DNA of 63,293 nt, filler included, from Octopus bimaculoides (taxonomy: Eukaryota), in assembly GCF_001194135.2 (NCBI RefSeq). It is 6 parts of 5 records of this genome, joined end to end, with 100 filler letters (N's around TTAATTAATTAA, not from the genome) between each part and the next. Parts side by side here need not be neighbours in the genome. Positions count along the whole stretch, not along the records: positions 26,966 to 38,796 come from NC_068982.1; positions 38,897 to 53,771 come from NC_068988.1; 4 more parts are not named here. The stretch is one strand, 5' to 3'. The notes below the pieces were generated by a model, which was not told where the DNA came from, searched no databases, and saw only the letters and a list, made by a program, of their open reading frames with translations. The translations under genes were made by a program, and so were the position numbers. This document shows, one piece after another, positions 37,142 to 50,033 of the stretch (positions are counted from its first letter, which is position 1; each line of letters opens with the position of its first letter).

Positions 37142-38611
37142 AATAAAACTCCGAATGACCTGTCCGTTGTTTTCCTTGTATCGTCTGTCTGGATGTTTTG
37201 TTGTCCCTTTCTTGTATCACCTAACTGTCTGGATGTTTTTTTTCGTTCTNNNNNNNNNNNNNNNNNNNNNNNNNNNNNNNNNNNNNNNNNNNNNNNNNNN
37301 NNNNNNNNNNNNNNNNNNNNNNNNNNNNNNNNNNNNNNNNNNNNNNNNNNNNNNNNNNNNNNNNNNNNNNNNNNNNNNNNNNNNNNNNNNNNNNNNNNNN
37401 NNNNNNNNNNNNNNNNNNNNNNNNNNNNNNNNNNNNNNNNNNNNNNNNNNNNNNNNNNNNNNNNNNNNNNNNNNNNNNNNNNNNNNNNNNNNNNNNNNNN
37501 NNNNNNNNNNNNNNNNNNNNNNNNNNNNNNNNNNNNNNNNNNNNNNNNNNNNNNNNNNNNNNNNNNNNNNNNNNNNNNNNNNNNNNNNNNNNNNNNNNNN
37601 NNNNNNNNNNNNNNNNNNNNNNNNNNNNNNNNNNNNNNNNNNNNNNNNNNNNNNNNNNNNNNNNNNNNNNNNNNNNNNNNNNNNNNNNNNNNNNNNNNNN
37701 NNNNNNNNNNNNNNNNNNNNNNNNNNNNNNNNNNNNNNNNNNNNNNNNNNNNNNNNNNNNNNNNNNNNNNNNNNNNNNNNNNNNNNNNNNNNNNNNNNNN
37801 NNNNNNNNNNNNNNNNNNNNNNNNNNNNNNNNNNNNNNNNNNNNNNNNNNNNNNNNNNNNNNNNNNNNNNNNNNNNNNNNNNNNNNNNNNNNNNNNNNNN
37901 NNNNNNNNNNNNNNNNNNNNNNNNNNNNNNNNNNNNNNNNNNNNNNNNNNNNNNNNNNNNNNNNNNNNNNNNNNNNNNNNNNNNNNNNNNNNNNNNNNNN
38001 NNNNNNNNNNNTATATATATATATATATATACACACACGCACAATTGCATACACACTTGCACAACTCACAAAACACATGTTTGCATACATGCATGTATAC
38101 ATACATACATACATACATACATACATACATACGTACACACACGTTCACTGGTGAACAATTGTTACATGTAGGATTTTTATTTTTGTTTTGATGTATAGAG
38201 AACTTATACATCCAAACATCTAAATAAATTTTGAAAGGAAAAATGAATAGGATCTATCAGAATAATACTGAAAGAAATCCATCAGGAACACTGAAGTGAT
38301 AATGAAGTTTAGTTAACGCTGACGGCCATTGGAGTATATACATTCTTATATGTCGGGTGTTATCACATCTAAATATCAATTACAGAGCTAGAAAGAGTAA
38401 CATTTCGAAGAATGAAGCTAAGAAGTTGGTAATGCCAAGCTATGAAGCGGTGTAATATGATGCTGAAATTGAAATGTTCAATATCTCCATTACATACAGA
38501 AACACAAATACGTAGACACACACAAACACATATATACACGCATACACGCGCACACACAAGCGTAAGCAAACAAACTAATAAACACATTCATACCTGTGCT
38601 TGAATAATGTT

Positions 38612-38650
<39 letters not shown>

Positions 38651-38747
38651 CACACACACACATATATGTGTGTGAGAGAGAGAGAGAGAGGCGGATATAT
38701 ATAAGTATATATGTATATATACATATATATGTGTATATATATGAATG

Positions 38748-38796
<49 letters not shown>

Positions 38797-38840
38797 NNNN
38801 NNNNNNNNNNNNNNNNNNNNNNNNNNNNNNNNNNNNNNNN

Positions 38841-38852
38841 TTAATTAATTAA
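38841..38852. other. Artificial scaffold-join spacer
   Basis: 44 N + TTAATTAATTAA + 44 N. Confidence 0.95.
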
Positions 38853-38896
38853 NNNNNNNNNNNNNNNNNNNNNNNNNNNNNNNNNNNNNNNNNNNN

Positions 38897-39011
<115 letters not shown>

Positions 39012-39194
39012 CGAAGAAGACGACAAGTAGATATCCTGAGAAAGATTAAAGAGATTTAACAGTTCTAAATGATATCAAGGAATATTTTCCGGCAATATGT
39101 TACAGTATGCAATAAATTCACATTTCAAACACACACGCACACACATACACACACACAATCACTCTCCTTCCCTGACTCTCAGTGTATTGGGCGT

Positions 39195-39233
<39 letters not shown>

Positions 39234-39514
39234 CGTGCAGCATTTTTGTGTACGTCTAAACATGTATTTCGATTTAGGAGTGCTTGATATATGTATAGAA
39301 TTGTGTGTGTGTGTGTGTGTGTGTGGATATGGATGCATACACACACGCATATATGTATATGTATGTATGTATGGTTATATCTACGTATGTGTGTATATAT
39401 GCTTACATACATGCTTAAGTATATATGCATATAAATACATACACACAGACATATATATATATATATGCACATACATACATACACACACATATATATATAT
39501 ATACAAATAAGTAA

Positions 39515-39552
<38 letters not shown>

Positions 39553-40298
39553 GTATATATACATGTATATATATNNNNNNNNNNNNNNNNNNNNNNNNNN
39601 NNNNNNNNNNNNNNNNNNNNNNNNNNNNNNNNNNNNNNNNNNNNNNNNNNNNNNNNNNNNNNNNNNNNNNNNNNNNNNNNNNNNNNNNNNNNNNNNNNNN
39701 NNNNNNNNNNNNNNNNNNNNNNNNNNNNNNNNNNNNNNNNNNNNNNNNNNNNNNNNNNNNNNNNNNNNNNNNNNNNNNNNNNNNNNNNNNNNNNNNNNNN
39801 NNNNNNNNNNNNNNNNNNNNNNNNNNNNNNNNNNNNNNNNNNNNNNNNNNNNNNNNNNNNNNNNNNNNNNNNNNNNNNNNNNNNNNNNNNNNNNNNNNNN
39901 NNNNNNNNNNNNNNNNNNNNNNNNNNNNNNNNNNNNNNNNNNNNNNNNNNNNNNNNNNNNNNNNNNNNNNNNNNNNNNNNNNNNNNNNNNNNNNNNNNNN
40001 NNNNNNNNNNNNNNNNNNNNNNNNNNNNNNNNNNNNNNNNNNNNNNNNNNNNNNNNNNNNNNNNNNNNNNNNNNNNNNNNNNNNNNNNNNNNNNNNNNNN
40101 NNNNNNNNNNNNNNNNNNNNNNNNNNNNNNNNNNNNNNNNNNNNNNNNNNNNNNNNNNNNNNNNNNNNNNNNNNNNNNNNNNNNNNNNNNNNNNNNNNNN
40201 NNNNNNNNNNNNNNNNNNNNNNNNNNNNNNNNNNNNNNNNNNNNNNNNNNNNNNNNNNNNNNAAAGACGACGACCTGACAGAATCGGAAGAATCTCGG

Positions 40299-40438
40299 AA
40301 ATGCTTGGCGTCTTTGTGTTCTGAGTTCAAATTCTGTCGAGGTCGACTTTACTTTTCATTCTTCGGCGTTGATAAAATAAGTACCAGTTGAACACTGGTG
40401 TCGATGTAATCGACTAACCTCTTCCTCCAAACTTGGTG
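40299..40438 (+). mobile_element. SINE family B
   Basis: GAGTTCAAATTCTGTCGAGGTCGACTTT..GATAAAATAAGTACCAG. Confidence 0.82.
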
Positions 40439-40451
40439 TGTTTGATGACAA

Positions 40452-40615
40452 CAGGCTTGGCTGTGTGGTAAGAAGCTTGCTTCCCAACCACATGCTTCCG
40501 GGTTCAGTCCCACTGCGTGACACCCCGAGCAAGTGTCTTATACTATAGCTCCAAGTCGACCAAAGCTTTGAGAGTGGATTTGGTAGAGGGAAACTGACAG
40601 AAGCCGGTCGTATAT
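40452..40615 (+). mobile_element. SINE family A, head-only
   Basis: GGCTGTGTGGTAAG...GGTTCAGTCCC...ends GAAGCCGGTCGTATAT. Confidence 0.88.
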
Positions 40616-40671
40616 CTGGTCTTCTTACTTCAATATTGTGAATAGCCTTTCTGGAGAATAGCCTTTCTGGA

Positions 40672-41105
40672 GAAATCCCACAAGATCATGCAACTCTCAT
40701 TTTCGTTCTGGTTAGTGTTCATACCACTTTTCGTTGTTTTGAAACCAGACACTCGGCTAAATTCCCAATGCACTCTTTTAGTAACACAGTTATGTCTGCG
40801 TTTATACTCATTTCGCAGTAGTTTACTGCACTCACTCAAAATGTGTGTGATACTTTCGTCTCCTTTCCTGCAGATTTGTTGTCTGACTGAGATTTCTCGA
40901 TCTTTGCCTCTACTAGATATGTTCTAAGAGCGTTTCTGTTTCTCGTTTCAAGTTCCCACCATTCAGCCAGTCTTAGCGATCTTTATTTCTAATTTCCTCG
41001 GTTTGTTGCATGAATTGGCCATACATTTCCATTTTGTTTTTCTATTTCTTTAGTCTGTTGTTCTTTCCTCTTTCAATTCTCTTACTGTTTCGCTCACATT
41101 TTGGG
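40672..41105 (-). mobile_element. R4/Dong-like LINE remnant, pre-CCHC and CCHC region
   Basis: MYGQFMQQ...WLNGGNLKRETE and HILSECSKLLRNEYKRRHNCVTKRVHWE...ILWDF; 5' end abuts (AAG)n; 16-bp tandem duplication at 40641-40672. Confidence 0.82.
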
Positions 41106-41158
41106 TTCTTCTTCTTCTTCTTCTTCTTCTTCTTCTTCTTCTTCTTCTTCTTCTTCTT

Positions 41159-41233
<75 letters not shown>

Positions 41234-41245
41234 GTTATTATCATC
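41106..41245. repeat. (CTT)n(ATT)n microsatellite
   Basis: Direct reading. Confidence 0.97.
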
Positions 41246-41806
41246 NNNNNNNNNNNNNNNNNNNNNNNNNNNNNNNNNNNNNNNNNNNNNNNNNNNNNNN
41301 NNNNNNNNNNNNNNNNNNNNNNNNNNNNNNNNNNNNNNNNNNNNNNNNNNNNNNNNNNNNNNNNNNNNNNNNNNNNNNNNNNNNNNNNNNNNNNNNNNNN
41401 NNNNNNNNNNNNNNNNNNNNNNNNNNNNNNNNNNNNNNNNNNNNNNNNNNNNNNNNNNNNNNNNNNNNNNNNNNNNNNNNNNNNNNNNNNNNNNNNNNNN
41501 NNNNNNNNNNNNNNNNNNNNNNNNNNNNNNNNNNNNNNNNNNNNNNNNNNNNNNNNNNNNNNNNNNNNNNNNNNNNNNNNNNNNNNNNNNNNNNNNNNNN
41601 NNNNNNNNNNNNNNNNNNNNNNNNNNNNNNNNNNNNNNNNNNNNNNNNNNNNNNNNNNNNNNNNNNNNNNNNNNNNNNNNNNNNNNNNNNNNNNNNNNNN
41701 NNNNNNNNNNNNNNNNNNNNNNNNNNNNNNNNNNNNNNNNNNNNNNNNNNNNNNNNNNNNNNNNNNNNNNNACCACCACCACCACCACCACCACCACCAC
41801 CAACAC

Positions 41807-41854
<48 letters not shown>

Positions 41855-41994
41855 GTCATGTTCTCATTTTGTATAAATTAAGATATTTAGTCAGTCACTC
41901 ATTTGGAGGCCGCTAGTTGCTCTTAATATCCTTTTAACTGCTCCGATAAAAATATCTGATACTGCTGCTGCTGCTGCTGCTGCTGCTACAGCTT

Positions 41995-42025
<31 letters not shown>

Positions 42026-42081
42026 TGTTGTTGAGCAGCAAGCTTCTTACCACACACCCACGCGCGGCGCCTATACATGTC

Positions 42082-42503
42082 TTTTATCTTTTCTTTGTTT
42101 CAATCATTTCACTGCGGCCATGTTGAAGCACTGTCTTAAAGAATTTTTTTGGAATGTATTGACCCCAGTACTTACCTTTTGAAAGACTGGTACTTATTCT
42201 AACGGTCTGATTGCCGAACCGCTAGGTTACAGGGACGTAAACACACCAGCACAGGTTGTCAAGTGGTGGTGGGGGGGGGTCACAGACACATACACACAGA
42301 CAGACAAACACACACTCACTCACACACAAATATATATACACATACATATATATGATGGGCTTCTTTCAGTTTCTGTCTACCAGAAGGCTTTGGTTTGCCC
42401 GAGACTCGAGTAGAGGACACTTGCCCAAGGTACCACGCAGTGGGACTGAACTTCAGATATGTGGTTGAGAAGCAATCTCCCTAACACACAACTACACCTG
42501 CGC
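42082..42503 (-). mobile_element. SINE family A, diverged full-length copy
   Basis: Colinear with the other family A copies. Confidence 0.85.
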
Positions 42504-42509
42504 ATATTA

Positions 42510-42547
<38 letters not shown>

Positions 42548-42740
42548 TGTACTATACTATACTATACGTATGCGTACACATATACACACACAAACACATT
42601 CACATATATATACATATACACGTACATTGAAAGAGAGCACGCCAGGAATTATACAGTAGTCATACACAACTTATACATAGCTGTGCGCTATATAAACACA
42701 AACATACACATGCACACATAAACTCACATAATCTATGTTT

Positions 42741-42781
<41 letters not shown>

Positions 42782-43113
42782 CATACATACATACATATAC
42801 ATTGTAACTGGATAGTGTTTATGTATAACTAGTTATTACGTACATCTAAACACATACACAGACATATAACAAATCTGCCGAATTCTTATACGTATCTATT
42901 AAGCTACACATAAACACACTGATGGAACGCTTCTCTCTTCTGTTTATACATAATTATATAGCTTCACATAAACACAGAAGATATAGATGCATATTTTAGC
43001 TGTTAACATGTTTCATCAATCGAATTCTTAAATGTTATGTGTCGGCCATTGTTCCATTGTTTATTAAGTCAAATGTTTGATTGACTTGATTTCAACTTGA
43101 TTTTCATTTTCAG

Positions 43114-43224
43114 ATTCCATCTTTTCTGTACAATCTAAATGGCTGTATATCATGTTTACGAGCTATTATTACAAATTTACGAATTATCTTGCCTTTTCCT
43201 TAACCATTGTTCATAGACATGAAG
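43114..43224 (+). CDS. Candidate isolated exon (phase 1-1), possibly CUB-like extracellular module
   Basis: Acceptor ttttcattttcag, donor GAAG|GTACGC, 111 nt, only the phase-1 frame is open: SIFSVQSKWLYIMFTSYYYKFTNYLAFSLTIVHRHE. The domain guess is weak. Confidence 0.4.
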
Positions 43225-44031
43225 GTACGCCATATTTCCATCTCATTGAATCCAGAATACGCGAAAATGTTCTAAGGTCGAATAATATGTAAAAAGAAAA
43301 GCCGTGTGATTTAGCAGCCAGAACGAGAAATACGTTTAAAATCAATGTGTTTTAGATTGTGAGTGATCGACTATTTATTTAAGTTTGACATTAATAAATG
43401 CACCACGCATTCCTTTCAGACGCTCAACAATTCAACCCATCTTCCACTCTCCACCAAAAATACAAAAAAGAGGTAAAAATTAAAACCACAATAACAGCAG
43501 CAACAACAACAACAACAAGAACAACAAGCTTACCATGTTCTATACCCGCAGACAGTATCAGAATCAAGGACCAGACGTCGACAAAAGGAACTCTTCAAAC
43601 AACTAATAAAGATTTCAAATTTTGGCACGAGACCAGACATTTGAGGTAGGCGGTTGGGGAAGGGAGGAGGAGGAGGGGGGATCAAAAGAATGCATGAAGC
43701 AGTTAAAATACATTCACTCTTGTTGTTACTATCGTATTGTTGTTGTTGACGATGTTGTTGCTGCTTAGTGCCAGGTCAACCCGGATCGAGTCTACCTACA
43801 ATCGAAGGTACTCCAACTTTGATCATGCCGTCATTTTTGAGATAAAAACTGCACCTAGGACCACGTGATCGAATACGTTTCCGTTTCTAAGATAAAAGAG
43901 TACGATTTAATGGTTTAATTACTGTTATTTTTAGCAGTTTGACCGATCGGGTACGAGCGTCTCGAGGGGGTCGATAATGAATAAGTTGCCGTTCTATTTA
44001 CTGTTCATTATTTACATTATTCACATTTGAC

Positions 44032-44082
44032 GGCATATGGCGTAGTGGTTAAGAGCGCGGGCTACTAACCCCAAAGCAATGA

Positions 44083-44114
<32 letters not shown>

Positions 44115-44263
44115 TCGAAAAATACCTTAGGAATGAGAACCCAGGTTCGAAATTTCCCCAGACACCTGATGAAGCCGAAACTTTGTGTTAACAACAAACA
44201 AGATGAGGACAAATATCCGTCAAATATAAAAAATGTAAATAATATACATAATTCCTCATCTCT
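44032..44263 (+). mobile_element. SINE family C, second copy (B-box region and hammerhead stem II deleted)
   Basis: GGCATATGGCGTAGTGGTTAAGAGCGCGGG head, (AAT)n, body nearly identical to 25225-25390. Confidence 0.9.
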
Positions 44264-44300
44264 GAAAATTTGTTTTGCAGGAAGGACTGTTTTAACGAAG

Positions 44301-44367
44301 TCGCGTCTTGTCCTTACCTTCGAAACGCGGAGTAGATAAAACAGGGGACAACTGATGAAGGGAAGGT
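44301..44367 (+). ncRNA. Hammerhead-like motif with non-canonical strand order (copy 2, best preserved)
   Basis: CGCGUC|UUGUCC-UU-ACCUUC-GAAA-CGCG ... GGACAA-CUGAUGA-AGG-GAAGGU: stem III 5 bp plus G.U, GUC triplet, stem I 6 bp, possible stem II ACCUUC/GAAGGU. Confidence 0.62.
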
Positions 44368-44508
44368 TATTTATGTTGCATGTCTCGTTTCTCTGTTTGC
44401 TTGTATTTTTTCGTTGATCGAAAAAGAGTTCGTTTTCTATGTTCTTGCGCTTTATGATTTCGTTTTTCATTTTGTCTACGTTTTTTGATGTCCTGTACCC
44501 ATATATGC

Positions 44509-44553
<45 letters not shown>

Positions 44554-44582
44554 TATAGGTAATACGAAATATGAAAAGAAAT

Positions 44583-44745
44583 GAGTTCAATACGCAAACA
44601 ACGAGAGAAAACAAATGGAAAACGGCAAGTAACACAATGCACGAAATGAGGAGTAGATAGGCAGCGGACAACTGATGAAGGGTCACTCTTTGTGTTACTT
44701 GCCCTGTTTTCCATTTGTTTCTCTCGTTGTTTGCGTATTGAACTC
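44583..44745. repeat. Near-perfect inverted repeat (55/56-bp arms, 52-nt loop)
   Basis: 44583-44637 versus the reverse complement of 44690-44745 differ by two small indels; the loop carries GAAA (44643-46) and GGACAA-CTGATGA (44666-78). Confidence 0.95.
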
Positions 44746-47389
44746 GTTTGTTTTCGTAATTCATGTTGTTTACTGTTGCGACGTCCTGTAACACTATATG
44801 CATAAGTATGACCATTATTTTATGGTTAAGCAGCGTTTGGAATTATATTGGAAACCTTAGTCTATTTCAAGCCCTCTTTCTCTTAATACTTGATTCAATG
44901 CATCTTTGCTCAATTTGTAGCTGTAGTTGTTATGTCTCAAAAAGTTATTGGATGTCATTTGATAATACCATCATACTTACAGGATAACATTGCTTTCGCA
45001 AATGTTCTCTGTCAGGGAATAAATCCATAGTCGAAATATTTAGTGAAATGTTACTGGTATTTAATCTTCATCACACCAATCATTACAATTACTTCTGAAC
45101 TACAATATTTCACTCTTCCAGTGTCTTCTAAGTCTTGTGTGGTTGTGTTGTACAAGCGCTGGTCAAAATTATACTGCATATATTTTATCCTTTACAGAAA
45201 CCTGTATTTGTCTAGCAACCATTTCTTTTACAGAGCATAAAACAGCAACAAAAACAACAACGACATTATCGACATCAGCAACGAGCGGGACTCATCATGG
45301 TCACCGTGTTCGCTGGAAACAGCAGTCAAATCTCCTTCAAATTACAACTTACCTTCTCTTGGAAAGAAAGCACATTACGCAATGTTGTCAAGAGAAAATC
45401 GCTTCAGAAGATTAGACGCGGTGGTCATTGCTGGAATGTCCTTCGATCGTAGATTGTACCTATTTTAACAGTTCTGACCCCGTCTAAACAGGATAATAAT
45501 ACCTACAGCCATAGTAATGATATTAATGATGATACAACGCGAATCGATGCTGTTTCTTTTCTAGATTTCAAATTAGCATGTGACATAACTGTTCCCATAT
45601 TTACACTAAGATGTTCCAAAACTGAACCAAGTTAGGTCACATATCTGCCAGAATTCCCTAAAACCTTCCGAATATTATCACTAATTAATTTGAATATTGT
45701 CGACTAGGCTTCATTTCATCCTCTCTCTTTCCCCCGCTTCCCACTCCATCCTCTCTACCAAGTGCTCTTCTGCCTGTCTTCTCTCCGTCTGTAAATATCT
45801 CAGTCTTTCTCTACACTTCTACCTTTACCTAACATTCTATCATTTCTGCAAACGATATGATGTTCCAAAATTCCTTAAAAGCAAAATTATGCAAATTCGT
45901 AAATTTACATTTACATATTTACATAAGGGTGCATAAGGGTATTTTGGAGATTATAAATACAAACATACATATATAGTCACACAACCAGGTAAGTGTATAT
46001 GTGTATATACACATATACACGTCTATAAAGTACACACACACACGCGTATATATGTATATATATATATATATATATATNNNNNNNNNNNNNNNNNNNNNNN
46101 NNNNNNNNNNNNNNNNNNNNNNNNNNNNNNNNNNNNNNNNNNNNNNNNNNNNNNNNNNNNNNNNNNNNNNNNNNNNNNNNNNNNNNNNNNNNNNNNNNNN
46201 NNNNNNNNNNNNNNNNNNNNNNNNNNNNNNNNNNNNNNNNNNNNNNNNNNNNNNNNNNNNNNNNNNNNNNNNNNNNNNNNNNNNNNNNNNNNNNNNNNNN
46301 NNNNNNNNNNNNNNNNNNNNNNNNNNNNNNNNNNNNNNNNNNNNNNNNNNNNNNNNNNNNNNATATATATATATGCATATAAATATATTTATATATACAC
46401 ATACATATATATATATATTTATGTATATATATATGCATATAAATATATATATATATACACATACATATATATATATATTTATGTATATATATGTATATAT
46501 ATATACATATATACATACATACATGTATATATACATGTGCGTGTATACATCTATGTATGATAAAATATTTAGACGAAAGCACATGAGAATATTCAGCATA
46601 TGTTGTGGAAATATTACTCACTTGCTGGAAGCTGAAGTTTCTCTCTAAAACTGTTGACCAACAACAACCAATAAGAAGAACATCTCTTGTAGATCTTTTA
46701 CAATGTGAAGTTTCCTCCATGAACGCCGTGAGAGAAACGTGGAGTAGGCTTTATTCATATATAAACACATATACATCTATACNNNNNNNNNNNNNNNNNN
46801 NNNNNNNNNNNNNNNNNNNNNNNNNNNNNNNNNNNNNNNNNNNNNNNNNNNNNNNNNNNNNNNNNNNNNNNNNNNNNNNNNNTTAATTCGATACTCATTT
46901 GTTAGGTGAAAGAGTTGTGTTTAAATATTTCATATTTGAGGCAGATATTTTCTATGATTATTTTTGTCTATGAAAACAGTTCACGTATGAGAGGATAACT
47001 TCCACGAGATTCATAAATGAATTGCACAAAATTTATGCCCATATTTAAGAGAAAAAGTATTGAAATATTTATTGTACATATAGAGAAATGTTGTTTTGTA
47101 CAATTGATTTTTATTTTCCATTATGTAGAAATGTTGGGTATAAATGAAAATAATATGCTGAGATACAACGTGTCTATTAATTACCTTTAAAATATGAAAA
47201 ACATTCTAAGATATAATTACAAAAATGACAGTAAAATTTATTAGAAATTATAGGTAATCATATGTAGTTTTATAAGTTACATCAGAAGGCTTCCATTTCG
47301 GCTTCATTGAATCATATTCAAGGGTTTCAAACATACGCAAATTCGTCGGTTTAGGCATGTCAAAGCATTATGAGTGCATTTGGCAGATA

Positions 47390-47558
47390 GAAACCAGCAA
47401 TAACGGGCGAGTGTAAGAAATTGGTTGCATTGACCTCAGTGGTCAACTGGAACTTATTTCATGAACCCTGTAAGTATAAAAGGCAAACTGAGAACTGAAG
47501 ACGGCCGAAATACAGCTAAGCATTTTGCACGGCGTGCAAGCGATTCTGACAGCACACT
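47390..47558 (-). mobile_element. SINE family B, diverged
   Basis: CAGAATCGCTTGCACGCCGTGCAAAATGCTTAGC head on the minus strand. Confidence 0.72.
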
Positions 47559-47697
47559 TTATATGTATATCTATCTATCTATCTATCCATCTATCTAACT
47601 GTCTGTCTGTCTGTCTGTCTAACTATATATCTATAAATCTATCTATTTTTCTTTCTATGTATGTATCTATATATCGATGTATCTATCTATCTACTTG

Positions 47698-47747
<50 letters not shown>

Positions 47748-47825
47748 NNNNNNNNNNNNNNNNNNNNNNNNNNNNNNNNNNNNNNNNNNNNNNNNNNNNN
47801 NNNNNNNNNNNNNNNNNNNNNNNNN

Positions 47826-47880
<55 letters not shown>

Positions 47881-49185
47881 GATACAACCTTACATATATA
47901 TATATACTTGCTTATTGAAATCCCCAAGCTACGTACGTCTCTAACATACACCCCAGGGAAAATAAATGCTGTTGTACCACAGGTAGGCTCCATCTGCCAA
48001 GCCTCCAAAATCTCTGGTCACGCTCTGAGGAAAGATCTTGCAACTATACATACATACATACATACATACACGCATGCATGCAAACAGACACACAAACACA
48101 CACACTTACACACACACGCACGCAGGTACACACACACATATAACCATTCCACTATTATTTCGTTATTCACTTCTGGTCTTTGCTCTGACACCCAACTCTC
48201 CAGATACTCATTCTATCTTGCTAGAATTTAGTAAAATAATGCGAAAAACAACCATCTTTAAAACCAGACAGAAGTTTCATTGGATTGTAATTCTGAGTTT
48301 GATTACTGTATGGTTATAATCTAGAGTGAAATACAGATGAATAACATGGCTAGAAGGACAACAAATAAATTCGATGGTACGGTTTAACAAGGAGGCAACT
48401 TTATTGATTTGAGAGAAATTTTCCAGGATAAAAAGTAATTTTTAACGAATATTTGCAAAGTTTTCTACTAAATTTGGCTTATCTAGAACAGCACTGAACA
48501 TTCTTCAACAGAAAAAATAAAAAAAAGAATGACAGAAAGCGATAGAGACATATAAACTGATGAAAAAATGATTCTTTGCCACAGCGTCCATTAAATTGGA
48601 GAAAGCAGACGATAAATAACCCATTGACCAAATCAGGGAGATTATCATTTTGCAGGAATGCGACATGCACTCGTTTATTTGTAAACAACTGGATAAATCT
48701 ATGCAGAGGAAACTAAACGATTTTCGTGAGGATACTAACTGGCTCCCGACCGTAATATTTCAGGTTATTAAAAAGGACCAACTTAAGAGTGTATCACATT
48801 TAATGCATGTACATCACAAACCAAATTAACAGCGGTATTCGAAAATATCATTTATAGAGTAATTATATTGAATAAGAGAAATAGATCAGAAGCAACGGAT
48901 TTCGAGCAGCCTTCCAGCAACAGGTTCGAGAAGTTTTGATGTGCATTTCTGTTGTGTTGAGGAGAGATAGAACGTCAAAACCATTTTTTAAATCTGAATT
49001 ATTAATTTACAAAACTTGAAACAAAGGTAGGTTGGTAGATGATGATAGCACACACAAACACACACACAAACAGACACACAAACATTTATCGTTTTCAATC
49101 GGAGGAAATCACAACGGGATTGGAGGGTAAAAGTAACGTACAGGCACGAAACTCTACGCACTTGAGTCAATAACTTTCTCCGATG

Positions 49186-49233
<48 letters not shown>

Positions 49234-49315
49234 NNNNNNNNNNNNNNNNNNNNNNNNNNNNNNNNNNNNNNNNNNNNNNNNNNNNNNNNNNNNNNNNNNN
49301 NNNNNNNNNNNNNNN

Positions 49316-49349
<34 letters not shown>

Positions 49350-49568
49350 GCATACACACACATAGATAGATAGATTGATAGATAGAAAGAGAGAGTAACA
49401 GAGATAAGTAGATAGATGGATACGGATAATATACATTATTCATATACATATTTATACATACATACATGTATATGCAATACACACAGAGACGCACACACGT
49501 ATATAAATATATGTAGATTAGGCTTTATAAATATACATGCTTACATACATACATACATACATCCATCC

Positions 49569-49599
<31 letters not shown>

Positions 49600-49997
49600 C
49601 ATACATACCTACATACATACATACATACATACATACATGCTTACCTACATATATACATATGAATCTATGTACCTCAGAGGGTTTCCTGCACGAATACAAG
49701 GCGAGCAATTTGCGCCTGTGTTGTATAAATGAATGCTAATTAGAAATCAAAGTTTCATAAGGCTTTCGTATTTTTCCTGAAACAGCTAGAAAGAAGGGAC
49801 AAACATCGAATATGACACCTAAACTATTTATAGGATGATCTTTCTAACTTGCAGGATTTAACATGAATACCAGAAGTCACTCCAGCTATGTACGCCTGCG
49901 TATATCTGTGTCTATATGTGTGTGTGTCTTTGCGTGTGTCTGTGTGTACCTATGAGTATGTTCATATAGACCATACATACGTGTGTTCACACACGCA

Positions 49998-50033
<36 letters not shown>

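Noticed and set aside
46883-46888. TTAATT after a gap, resembling another spacer
   Set aside because: Incomplete 12-mer and not flanked by 44 N on both sides.
48620-48830. Possible 96-nt exon 48656-48751 (ECDMHSFICKQ...NWLPT)
   Set aside because: Weak donor (GTAATA), no recognisable domain and no partner exon.
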